Below, piece after piece: positions 1 through 12,764 of a stretch of 64,000 bases of DNA. The position numbers and the translations under genes are program-made. The notes under the pieces were generated by a model that was not told the DNA's origin, did no database searches, and was given only the letters and a program-made list of their open reading frames with translations. How positions within the stretch are numbered: position 1 is the first letter of the stretch; each line of letters opens with the position of its first letter. Source of the stretch: Eledone cirrhosa (lineage: Eukaryota); NCBI GenBank assembly GCA_964016885.1, contig OZ024741.1, positions 311,488,001 through 311,552,000 of the forward strand, given 5' to 3'.

Positions 1-79
1 TGTTGTGTGTGCATACATATGTATCTATCTATCTATTTACATATAGATAGATAGATACATATATATACACACAAGGCTT

Positions 80-2848
80 TAGAAAAGAAGAAAACGTAAA
101 AGGAACTGGTAGCTAAAGTAGAAGAGGTACTTAGGAATGGCAGTACAGCTGACGTGCTAGCGGCGAGAACGGCACTAGACCAGTTCTTCAACGTGAAACA
201 TGAAGGTTGTATTGTCAGAAATAGAACACGTGCCCTAATAAACGAGGGAGCCAAAGCTGTTAGCTCGGCCCTAGTTGCAGAGGCGAAAAGTGGCAACGAA
301 TCCACAATTCGATCCTTGCAAGACAGAGATGGACGCATTTTACTTGAATCCAAGCAGATGTGCACAGCCTTCCAGCAGCATTTTGCACAACAGTTCGGGC
401 AAAGCGGTACGTCAGGGGAGGTGGTGGACTTCAGCTCCTAACTCGATGGCGTACCACAACTCTCGAGCACGGATGCGGAGATCTGCGAAAGGCCGATCAC
501 AGCGGGCGAAATAGAAGATGCCCTAGGCCGCTGTGGGAAACGCAAATCACGCGGTTTAGATGGTCTACCCTATGAGGTTTACATAGATATTACATATTTG
601 TTTTCTGGCGTCCTCGAAGCGGTCTAATGTAATTGGCTGCAGAAAGGGACGATTCCCAGTTCTGTAGGCAGAGGCGTAGTAAAGCTGATCAGGAGAGATT
701 AGAACGAGGGGGATGAGATAAGCAATTTCAGGCCCATAACTCTGCTCAACACAGAGTTAAAGATTTTGGCAAAGGTGTTAGCAACGAGGCTGGGTCTAGT
801 CGTCGTGAAGCTGGTAGGGGAAGCGCAAACGTGTGAAATCCCGACCAGGTCCATACACAACAACCTCCACCTCATGCGATATATCATAGAGAGTGTAGGA
901 TGTAAACTTGGCTTCGGTGGGATCCTGATCAATTTAGATCTATCTAATGTATTTGATAGGCTCGACCGTCAATACTTGGAAGTGGTTCTCAAGGCGGACG
1001 GCCTCGGTCCCGTCTTCATAGGCTGGATCGCTGCCATGCACACCAGCATCTGCACGGCAATCAAGGTGAATGTCTACCTATCGGAGCCATTCCAAATCAT
1101 GCGTTCCATACGTCAGGGGTGCACTCGTTCCTCCGTTCTGTATGTAATGACTCTCGAGCCATTACTGCGGAAGTTGGAGCTGTTGCAGGGCATCACGATC
1201 GAACCGGGACTGGGGAAAGCAGCATCGCCCTATTCCCGACGACATAACCGTAATGGTGGCGAAAACCACGGACATCGGCGTAATCGGCAACATATTGCAG
1301 GAATACGATACGTTGACAGGAGCAAGAGTCAACCCAAACAAGTCTGTCGGTTTACAACTCGGCACAGGACGAGGCAAACCCATGCCTTCCGACAGTGTCT
1401 TTGGACGCTGGGAGGAAGGACCGGTGAAATTGCTCGGAGTGTGGTTTGGTCCTGATCCCCAGGTAGACAAGAACTGGAACGAGGTGACGGCGAAGGAGTT
1501 TGCTCTCATCCAGAAGTGGGCTGAGGGCAAACTCTCCTTGAAAGGTCGAGCGGAGGTGGCGAACACGTACATATCATCCGTCATCTACTACCGCTTGACT
1601 GTCGTGCCTTGTCCCCGCGAATACCTCACCAAAATATAACGCCTACTCTTCACGTTCCTCTGGAAGAAACAGGATCCATTGCTGAGGAGATCCATCTGCT
1701 GTCAACACCCTTCTAACGTGGCTGATGATGCGCAGACACGCGCTGAGGCTACGCCAACTCCAGATGTTCCTGATTGGCAAACCGCTGTGGCTATCGTTTC
1801 TGAGACGAGCTCTTCCACAACTCGTCTCACTAACAGAGCTGCAGTCCTGGGTCAAGCGAAGACCGAAAATGGGCACCTGATAACTCGAGTGCCTTCAGTC
1901 GCTCACAGCCCTTTACCAAGCGGAAACGGCAATCAGCAGAGACTCTACTTCGACATTCTGTAGGGGATTATTGGAGGATAAGTGCGACGACGTTTTCAGG
2001 GAAAGTCTAAGCATCGAGGAAGACGAACTGACCAGTCTGTTCGGGAGGACTTTCTGTCCAGGGCCTATGGATAATTTCCATAGGTCTCTGGCCTGGCAGT
2101 GCTACCGAGGAGCTCTACGAGTTCCACACAAAATCTACAAGCACGGACGCCCTGGAAGAGACCCTGCCAAAAGGAATTGTACAAGATGCGAGCAGGACAT
2201 CGAAACCGTTCTGCACACAATTGTTCAGTGCCCAGGGGTGACCGACCAGTGGAATTATGTCGAACAGCTACTGTCACGTGTAGGGCGAATGCAGTTGTCT
2301 GCCGAGTCCATCGTGAGGATCACCCCGCCGCCTTCATTTAACAATTAAGGAAAGGCGTTGTTCCTCTGTCTGGTGGCTAGTGCGAAAGAGGTAATATGAT
2401 GGACGAGGTTAAAAGGACTGAGGGCAAGCACCTTTCTCTCCGGACAACAACTCATCCTCTTCTTTAAGTACCACTTCAGAAGGAAGGTGAGAGTGGATAG
2501 AGAGGTGCTACACACCAGTAAATTCGCTGAGAGGTGGGTGAATTTGGCGAAAATGGCCCGGGTGAATGGGCCTTCTCTGTATATAAACCTGTAGGTTGAG
2601 GAAGATAAACAGAGGGAAGACGGGAACACCTACAAAACGTGTTCCTGGTATTGAGGGTTGTTCTATCCACGGGGTGTAAAACAACCCCACAGTAGCTGAC
2701 CCGCCCCCCACACACACACAAAATGGGGATTTCAATTGTTTTATTTTTATATAGTTTATTGTTATTTATCATTGTTAAAGCTTTTATATAAAACCCCCGC
2801 CGTCACGTCTTGTGATGACCCATTTGTGTAGGCCCCTGTGGCAAATAA

Positions 2849-2850
<2 letters not shown>
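80..2850 (+). mobile_element. Decayed 5'-truncated L1-clade (Tx1-like) LINE, ORF2 remnants
   Basis: Frameshifted RT motifs (GLDGLPYE, NFRPITLLNTELKILAKVLATRL, DLSNVFDRLD, IRQGC), a WAEGKLSLKGRAEVAN thumb and a CTRCEQDIETVLHTIVQC zinc knuckle. Ends at AATAAA followed by (TA)n at about 2850. Confidence 0.9.
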
Positions 2851-2895
<45 letters not shown>

Positions 2896-3159
2896 TATTG
2901 AAGTTTCCATTGAAAATCACAAAATCATAGGAGTGAAGTGTGCTCTATGTAAGTTACAGAGCTAAATTAAAATAAATAAATGTATAATAAAAATTGCCTT
3001 GTCTGACGAACGAATGCGGACGTTTCTTGTATTCGTCTTATTCCGGAAACCTCTGGTAATGAGGTAATTATAGTGTATTGTTTATTATACATTATATATA
3101 TATATATATAAATGAAAGTATAGAAATTATTGTGAGCGTGAAGTATAGAAATTATTGTG

Positions 3160-3375
3160 ACCGCTGGGTAAAGAAGTGCCAAGAAAACCCAGTTGAAGAA
3201 AGACGCGGTAGAGGAGACTACGAAAAACATGGGTGGAGTTGGTGAGAGCAGACCTCAGATCGCTGAAACTCATGGAAGGGATGTCGAGGGCTGTGACAAG
3301 TGGAGAGATGTTGTGCTGAATAGGATCCGTCCCACGCTTGCAAGCAGGCAAAAGCGGACATAAAATGATGATGAT
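3160..3375 (+). mobile_element. RTE-clade LINE 3' fragment
   Basis: Degenerate RGRG..KTWVELVRADL..DKWR C-terminus followed by a short 3'UTR ending in (GAT)n. Confidence 0.65.
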
Positions 3376-3584
3376 ATATATATATATATATAATACTATT
3401 TATAGTTATGTATATAGTATAAACAACTATAAACAGGTAGGTCAGTAATTTCTTATTACCTTATTACCAGTAAGAGAAATAGCTCAATGTATGAACATCA
3501 GTTGTTTTACAGAGCAGGAAAATAATTAAATAAATAAATAAATAAATTATACAATTATCAAAGTTGTGTTCAAATCATTTAATA

Positions 3585-3629
3585 GCTGACAATCGTTTCT
3601 TCCAAACACTCGTTTGGAGTCGTTGGAGC
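3585..3629 (-). ncRNA. Degenerate minimal hammerhead ribozyme (PLE type)
   Basis: Minus strand reads gct-CCAACGA-ctccaaac gagt gtttggaa-GAAA-cgattg-TC-agc. Stems I-III are recognisable, but the CUGANGA core has two substitutions. Confidence 0.5.
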
Positions 3630-3849
3630 ATTATCAATGTTTGCACATATAATTAACCTCCTATTCAACTGAACAATATTATAGATACATATAAATTGAT
3701 GTTGTGAGCAATAGTTTCGTATTTACAGGGTGGAATGGATGTGACATATATTTTACGAGAATTGTACACTAACTGTACAAACATTCAAGTTCAAATTAAA
3801 ATTAAAATCAAAAGCACGGAGTAAAAATAAATAGTTTCTCTAAGGGAAA

Positions 3850-4120
3850 CAATAGCACCACTGACGATGTTGCAGTTGTGCAACTAAAGAAATTTGATAG
3901 ACTATATATGTGTTTGTGTCTATATTGTATCTGTATTTATGACCGTTAGTCAGTCAATGGCAACATCGAAGACCGAATAAATTAAATTTACCAATATAAA
4001 AGAAAGAGAAGTGAAAATCAACCAAACAGTGAGTGTGTTCTGTTATTAATTCTGGCAATATTATTACACAAATATGACCCTCCCCAAGTATAACAAAATT
4101 TGTTTCGACACACGATTTCA
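3850..4120 (+). mobile_element. PLE pseudo-LTR fragment, same family as the fold-back at 44557-45155
   Basis: Clear similarity (atagcaccactgacgatgttgcag...ccctccccaagtataacaa) to 44908-45155. Confidence 0.7.
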
Positions 4121-4356
4121 TATAAAAAACCTCGCAAATGTAATTTGTCGCCGGTATATATGAATAGAATTAGAGCAAGAAGACAGGACTTTTTTTTAGT
4201 TATTGCTCGCACCAACCTGAGGTATATGGTCTTTAATGCGAAGACATATCGATGATGGCTGGAACATCATTGAAATGGACAGTCCTGTCTTCTTCCTCTA
4301 ATTTTATTCATATGTATCCCATTTACAACGACGCAGCACACCATTTCCATTTTTTC

Positions 4357-4413
<57 letters not shown>

Positions 4414-4417
4414 TATA

Positions 4418-4623
4418 ACGAGAAGGAAATGTGGTAAGGAACCAGGTGGACCATAACGCACCAAAGTACTCAATACTTAGGGTAGTAGAGTGGGTAATAG
4501 GAACAAGTAAGACCCCGACGGCTGAGCTCAAGCCGTTTCGACGGCTAATTCTGTACTGAATCAGTACAGAATTAGCCGTCGAAACGGCTTGAGCTCAACC
4601 GTCGGGGTCTTACTTGTTCCTAT
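4418..4623 (-). mobile_element. Fold-back mini-element, family A (PLE/HHR-derived), in (TA)n
   Basis: 63-bp inverted arms at 4497-4559 and 4561-4623. Each carries GAAA-cggc ttgagctca gccg-TC-ggggtc, the 3' half of an HHR (right arm with one mismatch). A unique tail of about 80 bp lies on the left. Confidence 0.8.
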
Positions 4624-4711
4624 ATAAATATATATATATATATATATATACATATATACATATATACATACATACATATATACATACATACATAAATACA
4701 TACATACATAC

Positions 4712-5780
4712 ACAAGTTCAATCCATTAATGGAACAGTAAAAATATGTAAAACATTCCAAAAATGTTGCATCTAATAACTGGATATACACATATACAGAT
4801 ACAAAGCATATAGACATGCACAGATACAACTCAAAACATATACATCCACACATACAATAACATCCATATCTACACATGCAGACATTCATACATATCTACC
4901 TAGTTGATGTTGTGTAAATTCCAATGAGAGAGTCTTGTGTCTATGTTAGAAACCGACGCTCTCTCTATTGGTAAAACTTTGTGAAATTATAAAACCAGAG
5001 GAACATACATGCATACATACATACATACATACATACATACATACATACATACATACATACATACATACAAAGTTTGCAAAACATTCTTGCGATTCAGGGG
5101 ATGACAATTTCTTTTCTTTTACAACCTTGCCACCAGGAAGGTGGCCGGTCAAAAATATACTCGAAATTAAGAGAAAGAGAGACATACATACATACATACA
5201 TACGTACATACATACATACATACATACATACATACATACATACATACATACATACATACATACATACATACATACATACATACATACATACATACATGAG
5301 ATTAGTGAAAAGGAGATTATTTATGCAGAACTGATGAGAAATCTGCAGATACTCCACCCAGATTACACCTTCAGATTTATGCCTGTGATTATTGGGGCAC
5401 TGGAATATGTTAGTAACTGCCTCAATACAAATCTTGAGAAGCTAGGCTTCACAAGAACAGAAAAAACACAACTAGTTATAAAATTACAAGTACAATCCAT
5501 TAATGGAACACTAAAAATATGTAAAACATTCCAGCAATTTTGCATCTAATAACTGCATATACACATGTACAGATACAAAGGATATACACATGCACACATA
5601 CAACTCAAAACATACACATCCACACATACAATAACATCCGTATCTACACATGCAGACATACATACATATCTACCTAGTTCATGTTGTGTAAATTACAATG
5701 AGAGATTATTGTGTCTATGTTAGAACTGACTCTCTCTCTCTATTGGTAAAACTTTGTGAAATTATAAAACCAGAAGAATA
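4712..5780 (+). mobile_element. Three stacked 3' fragments of R4-like RLE LINEs within a (CATA)n array
   Basis: 4712-5003 and 5298-5780 match the 3' end of the LINE at 53340-57065 (KEIIYAELMRNL...ICKTF plus 3'UTR). 5069-5183 is a related KVCKTFL end. Each fragment is bounded by CATA repeats. Confidence 0.85.
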
Positions 5781-6096
5781 TACATACATACATAGATGGT
5801 GGCTTCCAACTCGTTACCGAGTACGGCCACTACTTTATATACATGTCGGAGAACCCCTGGCGATGTGCTGAAAGAGTGTGTCTTTTTAGTCCAGACAGCG
5901 ACTGGTACAAACACTACACTTGTGACAATTATTGACATATATTGCTAGGCCCATGGTACCACGTGACAACACGTGCAGTAATCTCCAGATATAAAGCAAT
6001 GCCTGTGCCGTGAAGCTTTTATAGTGAGCAACGGCACTGCACAAAGCCGGTCCCACTCTCGTAAGACTTACTTATTTTATTTAACATTACTCCGGA

Positions 6097-6132
<36 letters not shown>

Positions 6133-6287
6133 GGAAAAAAAGAAGTTGGAAATTCAGTTGGAGTCTTTCAGAAAGTATATTTACAAAATTCAGTAACTTC
6201 ACCGGTTTCCCAGAATCATGATTTAAAAAAAAAGATTTAAGATTGAAAGAGAAATGTGTGTCAATGGTGACTATATATATATATTTA

Positions 6288-6342
<55 letters not shown>

Positions 6343-6413
6343 TCCTGAGTAATCTAATATAAAATAAGTCAAATATGTAAAATTTGGCTTCGTTTTTTAT
6401 TAATTATAAATTT

Positions 6414-6468
6414 ACTGCTATATATATTTCCGTGACAGCTCTTATTGGCTGTCACCTCTTCAGGCAGT
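6414..6468 (-). ncRNA. Minimal type I hammerhead ribozyme in a PLE pseudo-LTR
   Basis: actgc-CTGAAGA-ggtgacagc caataaga gctgtcacg-GAAA-tatata-TA-gcagt, with a 5-bp stem I, an 8-bp stem II and a palindromic stem III. Confidence 0.8.
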
Positions 6469-9329
6469 CCGAATTTGTGTGGAAAAAGCACGTACACATG
6501 GTGTTGAAGTGTGTTTCACTCTGTCAGAACCTCGATATGTCCAGCTGCTGGGTGTGTTGTTAGTCCTCCGAGGAACAGGAATCATATGGGCTAGAAAAAA
6601 CCAATTTCAGCGTCATAGAACACGCTCGTATCCCATTGGTCAGTTGTGAGGCCACTCCTCAGTCAAAAGTCTATAGAAATTCTTCTGAGACAGGTAAAAC
6701 CTGTTATAGTTGTTTTTCTTCAGAATGATTAAGTAGAGCTGACCTCATTCTCTGTGTTGGTAGTGGTGCTAAGAGGTCAGCTGGCAGGTCAACTTTAGTA
6801 TGCTGCTACTATGGTCTTAATAATTCATGTGACTGACATCTATCCTGTCACCATTTCACGTGGTGGGGATGCCGAACAAATAAAGAATGCGTGTATGTTA
6901 CACCCAATAACAGATATTTGAAAAATATAAACTGACATATAAACCCTATGTGTCAGAATTGAGAAGTGTAAAGAATTACAATTCTTATTCTAGCGTAGAG
7001 TACGTACGTGTGATTGTCCGTCAGTGCGCCCCGTTGCGCATGCACACGTATAAACACAGGCTCGGTGCATCCACTATTTACGTCCACGAAGTCCAACTAA
7101 ATATGGGTGCGTTTTAAAAACAAATGAGGTAAACGTGAAGGGGAAAATACCAAATGACCTGTGTGTCAAAATCCAAATGCGTAAAGGACTACAATTATTA
7201 TTTCAGCATAAAGTACATATACGTCTATGTTTGTCAACGCACACCGTTGCAAGCACACACGCACAAACACAGGCTCAGCTGCATTCCCATATTACGTCTA
7301 CACAGTCACACACACGCATACATGCACGCATACACATAAGTCTATATACGCCAACATGTGGTTACACCATAACGGACACAGGGTCAAAGTCATCGCTGGA
7401 GGTGAGGAGAGGGGTGAGTGGTAGTAATAGGCACGTATTTACTTGTGGTATTTATCCCTGACTCATGCGTGCGAAGGGAATTGGGTTCGACTGCAGGATA
7501 TCCACCAGATATTCGGGTCACAAGTCGGGGTTGGGCGTCGGGAGCCGTTGGTCGGAAACTTGGGGCGCCTGTTTGCACGGGGGGAGGGGGCAGGACTCCA
7601 CCGACGCACGTCGTCTATTTATATCATCTAGTGTCGGCTAACTTGAGTTCTGGTTAAGGAAGTGAGAGAGAGAGAGGTTGACCACAACGGTGTGAGGCAT
7701 GGTTCTAGCTGCTCGGTAGTGTGTTGCTATAGGAGTCGGTCGAGGCGGGATTAGAGGTGGGGAGTATATAGAATGTGGTTTTCCTTGGGCTCGGTGTGAC
7801 AGGGCTGCTGTCCCTATAACTTGAGGGAAGTTCCCATCCAAATGGTTTGTTATCCTTATAGCTTGAGGAAGGTTCCGGCCCTGGGTTGTCTACATGTACC
7901 AAAGAAGTGGGTCCTGAGGTTGATTAGGCTGCTCCCACCACTGAGTATCTCGGGGGTCTCGCTCAGCCATAGGTTGCAGATGCCAGATCCCCATCTATCT
8001 TGTGGCGCTTTCCTGATTTTGGACCAGGCCAGAGAGTACGGGGTCCTGTCCAGCTTGAGCTTCCAGATCAGTTCGGAAAGAGCCGTACTTTTCCTTTTGC
8101 CCTACCTATTAAAGGAATGGCGATGGTTATACCAGCTGTCCGTGAAGCTCGTTGATGTGGCTCCCATGTAAAGGTGCTCAGCGTTGGGTTTTTTTATCTA
8201 TATCCGTATTCTAAGTTCTTCATGAGGCATTCATTAATAAGAGGGCATAATGGGGTTCTGCATTTGCTGGAGGTTATCGACACCTGTGTGACTATTGTGG
8301 CGTTCCCGTTGCGTAGTATAGGGTGGTCTGCCCTTGTTCCCCGAGGAGGGTCCCTGGGTCTGTTTGGGTTCCCAGGGTGGTTACCGGGTCTACCATTCCT
8401 TCCCTCCACATGGCTCTGCTGCGTTTTTACATTGCTAGCTAGTGGTTGTGTGTAGTTTCTAAGTGTACTCCTATTGTTGCTAGCTATGTGCTGGGCTACG
8501 TTGCGCGTGGTAGAATAGGAGAGCTTTACAGTGTTTCTGTTGAAGATCTTGAGGTATCTGTGGTCCCTCGGGAAGCATTTATCTAGTGCCCTAAAAAATG
8601 ACTGGGCCAGGTTGGTCTCTTGGCGAGCTGAGTAGGGTGGGTTGTACCATGTAATTTTTCTTAGTCTATTCCTATGTGGGTGGGTTCAGCGTGCTGGGCG
8701 CTGTTGGGAAGAAGTTGGGTTGCTACTGGTTCCAGCATTGTTGATTCCCCTTTGGGTGCTATCTGTTTTGATAGCTTCTCGGCCCCCTTTCTTTGGGGTG
8801 GTGTGTGCCCACGCTGAAAGTTCTACAATCGGATTATCCTCCATCAGTCCCGCTTCGTGTCTTGCGGTTGGGGGTGTCGGGTCCGGGGTGGTTAGTATCA
8901 CCCCTGAGACCAACTCGCGTACTGGGTTTCCTCCCATGGCTAGGCGTATTTGTCCTTTTCTCTAATGAGGTGGTGCCGGGTTCATGGAGTTTAGTGGATT
9001 CCACTCTGCCTGCATTGTTAGGAATCCCCACTCCCGGATACCGTGGTCAGGGGGTTCGATTGTCTATCCCTATTATGGCGCCTTGGGTTGTAAGATATAG
9101 TTTGGCCTTGGGCCGCCTTTTTTAGAGCTGTCTTATAATACTCTGCGTTGCTATCGAAGATCTCCTTTTTGGCGGACAGATTGGAGATCCTGTTTGAGAC
9201 ACTCTTGACTACGGCCTTAATTATGGATATATGGTGGTTTGTCTTGACGTTAACATATACCATCGATGTATTGACATAGTGAAAAATACTTCACAAACAT
9301 GTGTACCTGTCTTTTCTACACCAATTCGG

Positions 9330-9384
9330 ACTGCCTGAAGAGCTCACAGCCAATAATAGCTGTCACCGAAATATATATAGCAGC
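9330..9384 (+). ncRNA. Minimal hammerhead ribozyme, inverted copy of 6414-6468
   Basis: ctgc-CTGAAGA-gctcacagc caataata gctgtcacc-GAAA-tatata-TA-gcag. Confidence 0.75.
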
Positions 9385-9562
9385 ACATTTATAATTTATA
9401 ATAAGCGAAGCCAAATTTTACATATTTGAATTACTTATTTTATTTTACATTACTCCGGAGTAAAGAAACCAACCTGCATACTTCGTAGAGTGCTCCAATC
9501 TGCATACTGAGGTGTCGGTAACCAACCAACATATACTCAGAAAGAAAAAAATATATGTATAT

Positions 9563-9918
9563 ATAGTGAAAGAGTGAAGAATAACATGGTCAACAGTACA
9601 AAAAAGGGTTTTATTTACAGTATTAATAGTTTCACTGATTAGGATGTCTAAAGGTTGGTAAGCACTTGAAGTTGTAGCATTCAACCTTCACATGCAGTGT
9701 ATGCCTAATCAAATCATCGGAATAACTGGAATAACTGCATCGGAATAACTTCAGTTATTCCAATGATTTGATTAGGCATACACTGTATTGAAGGTTGAGT
9801 GACAACACTTCAAGTGATTAGCAAGCTTTAGACATCCTAATCAATGAAACAATTGTTAATACTGTAAATATAACCCTTTTTGTACTGTTGACGATGTTAT
9901 TCTTCACTATTTCACTAT
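9563..9918. repeat. Long fold-back inverted repeat with arms of about 165 bp
   Basis: tagtgaaagagtgaagaataacat...tcggaataactg pairs with cagttattccaatg...atgttattcttcactatttcacta. Confidence 0.85.
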
Positions 9919-10091
9919 TATTACTCCAAGATTAACCTGCATAGGACTTCCCTTGAACTCGCCACCTAACTAAGGAAACGTTTTGTTGAGTCAAACAACG
10001 CCGTCCGTTAAAACTATCCATAATACTCTCAACCTCTAACTGGATTGCCTACAACAATAATTTGTTTTCCCATATATATATATATATATAT

Positions 10092-10239
10092 CGGAGGAAA
10101 TGTGGTAAGGAACCAGGTGGACCATAACGCACCAAAGTACTCAATACTTAGGGTAGTAGAGTGCGTAATAGGAACGAGTAGGACCCCGATGGCTGAGCTA
10201 AAGCCGTTTCGATGGCTAATTCTGGACTACACGTTCCTA
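10092..10239 (-). mobile_element. Family A mini-element with the second arm mostly deleted
   Basis: Same tail and left arm as 4418-4560. Only cgttcctat remains of the right arm. Flanked by (TA)n. Confidence 0.8.
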
Positions 10240-10260
10240 TATATATATATATATATATAA

Positions 10261-10291
<31 letters not shown>

Positions 10292-10292
10292 A

Positions 10293-10370
<78 letters not shown>

Positions 10371-10373
<3 letters not shown>

Positions 10374-10565
10374 ACAAAGGAATTGTGGTAAGGAACCAGA
10401 TGGACCATAACGCACCAGAGTACTCAATACTTAGAGTAGTAGAGTTGGAAATAAGGAAAAGTATGACTCCGACGGCAGAGCTCAAGCCGTTACGACGGCT
10501 ATTTCAGTTCAGAAATAGCTGTCGAAACGGCTTGAGCTCTGCCGTGGGGGTCATACTTTTTCCTA
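10371..10565 (-). mobile_element. Family A fold-back mini-element
   Basis: Arms at about 10454-10505 and 10512-10564, same tail, in (TA)n. Confidence 0.8.
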
Positions 10566-11137
10566 TATATATATATATATATATATATAAAAACGCGATA
10601 ATATTGCTATATGCTGAACTCCTTACATTTTTGTAGAGTTTTTTCGGAATGTTTTGACTGTTGTTTCTTGAAAACAGACATTCTTTTCATTCTGACGTCA
10701 ACAGACATGTTTCTCCATGTGTGTTTATTTTCATAATTCCGCACGAAGTGAACTAGCCTGCTTTTAAATTCCCTTTCTGGCATATTTTGGCAGTGGCTTT
10801 TGTTATCGTGTTGAGCTCTACTGATGAACGACTCCAACCGTGACTAATCCCACTGAAAGGTTTCGTGAAATAGTATTTTTAAGACTATATAGAACATTTG
10901 TTGTTTTTCCATATGGAAGGATGAGTATTTAAACTTTATTTTATTCTGACTTAAGACTCTATTGGTTTTTTCCCTGGATTTCACAAAATCTGTGGATAAA
11001 ATCTCTGTCTTGATTTTCTTTTAACAGAGTTTGAATTATTTCCCCATATCTTACGTTAAATATTTTCCATTTTGACGTTATAATCACTTATATATTACGA
11101 AATACTGTTGGCTTCTTGCTCACATTAATTTCTCTAT

Positions 11138-11203
<66 letters not shown>

Positions 11204-11360
11204 GATAACAAATTATTGTTATAGGTAATCCAGTTAGAGGTTGTGAGTACACTGTATTATAGTTAGTTTTAACGTACGTTATGTGTATATATGCGTATAT
11301 ATATATAAATATATATATACAATATATTAACAAATGTAAACTATATTTATAAAACCATAT

Positions 11361-11428
11361 ATATTTCATTATACATATTTCAAGGGCCACCAGAGTAAAC
11401 TATGGTGCGCTTTCATCAGATAAAATAT
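11361..11428 (-). ncRNA. Minimal hammerhead ribozyme in the 3' pseudo-LTR
   Basis: atattttat-CTGATGA-aagcgcacca..tggtggccctt-GAAA-tatgta-TA-atgaaatat, with a 9-bp stem I. The 5' copy (15383-15451) has a C3 to G change. Confidence 0.8.
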
Positions 11429-11741
11429 AATATAGGTTAGTTTTATAAATAAATATTGACATACCCTTAAAAAATACACCATTCTGGTTGGAATCTCCTG
11501 GATAGTGAAATTATTCGATTTACTGTTGGTTTATTATGCAAATTAGTGTTGGAAAGGTTTACAAATAGTATATTTAAATTAAGCAATTGGAATAGGGAAA
11601 AAAGAGAACAGGAAGAGAAAAACGAAAGAAAGAGAGAGAGAAACCTGAGTATATTTTAGTGAGAGAGAATAGCGTAATTTTGAGAGAAGAGGCGAAGAAA
11701 TAAATGTAGCGTGGATGAATACCATAAGATGTATAAACAAT

Positions 11742-11949
11742 AATTTTTTCTACTTTTAGCACAAGGCCAGCAATTACCGGTACATTACTGGTACTTTATT
11801 GTACATTACTGGTACTTTATTGTATTGACCCCGTAAGGATGAAAGGCAAAGTTAACCTCGGCGGGATTTGAACTCAGACCGTAAAGGGACGTAACTATGC
11901 TGGAAAGCATGGCGTCCGACTCTCTACTGATACTGCCAATCCACCGCCC
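11742..11949 (-). mobile_element. tRNA-derived SINE inserted in the PLE 3' region
   Basis: A-box TGGCAGTATCAG, B-box GAGTTCAAATCC, and a central GCCTTTCATCCT..GTACCAG domain resembling the Meta domain. Confidence 0.85.
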
Positions 11950-12725
11950 TTGATGGATAAACCAGATGGACCATAATGGATAAACAATAATAATAATCAA
12001 TAACAGATACTAACAAAGATGGATAAACAATAATAAAGCTAAGTTGAAGAATGTATCTAATGTTTAATTAATAAATTTGATTAAATGTTTAATTAATAAT
12101 TTATCAATTCAATCCGTAGCTTAATTGTTTAAATGTGTATGTTATATTATTAAAGTTGAGACCTATATATTATTAATAAAGAATATATATTATTAAAAAT
12201 ATGTTATTATTACAAAACCATATATAATTTTATTATTTATTATTAATTAATTATTTAAAAAAAATTTGTAAGTTTAAAATATCCGAATATTTCTAAGCTC
12301 ATGGAATTTCCGAGAGTTTACCGAAGAATAATCCCTTATTTGTAATAGCAGTAGAGCGTAAAGGAAATTGCTAGCGATTTATTAATTTAGATATCTCTAA
12401 GGATTAAATGTTATAAAGTTAAATGTTATAAAGTTAAGGTGTTAACAAATTTTAATTATCCTTCTTAATAGTGTAATTAGAGTATGAATTATATGTTATT
12501 TTATAGTAAGTTATAAAATTCATAACTCCAACCTGTTATACAGTTATGAATGTTTAAAACATAAATTTGTTTGCTATAACGTGTTAACATTTAAAAATTC
12601 ATTCATTGAAATATATCCAAAGCATAAACCATAACAAATCTTTCATAAGAGTACATCTGTAGAATATATTTAAAGAATAAATTTCATATATATATAAACA
12701 TTTTGACATACACAAACATACACAT

Positions 12726-12764
<39 letters not shown>

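Larger units (their letters stand above)
6340..9461 (-). mobile_element. Decayed 5'-truncated Penelope-like element (probably Naiad type) with an inverted terminal segment
   Basis: Minus-strand remnants: SNRISNLS..EIFD, ITWYNPPYS, DKCFPRDHRYLKIFNRNTVKLSYST, CPLINEC and a GIY-YIG region (YMGATST..STALSELIWKLK..ICNL). 6340-6538 is inverted relative to 9262-9461. Confidence 0.85.

Noticed and set aside
2995-3075. Hammerhead-like CTGACGA...GAAACCTC..GAGGTA
   Set aside because: Stem III fits, but stem I pairing is poor and about 9 extra nucleotides separate stem II from GAAA. Not convincing as a ribozyme, although it may be a decayed PLE pseudo-LTR.
4418-4623. Repeated palindromic units resembling CRISPR repeats or terminators
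   Set aside because: The copies are dispersed with no repeat-spacer periodicity, the context is eukaryotic and there are no cas genes.
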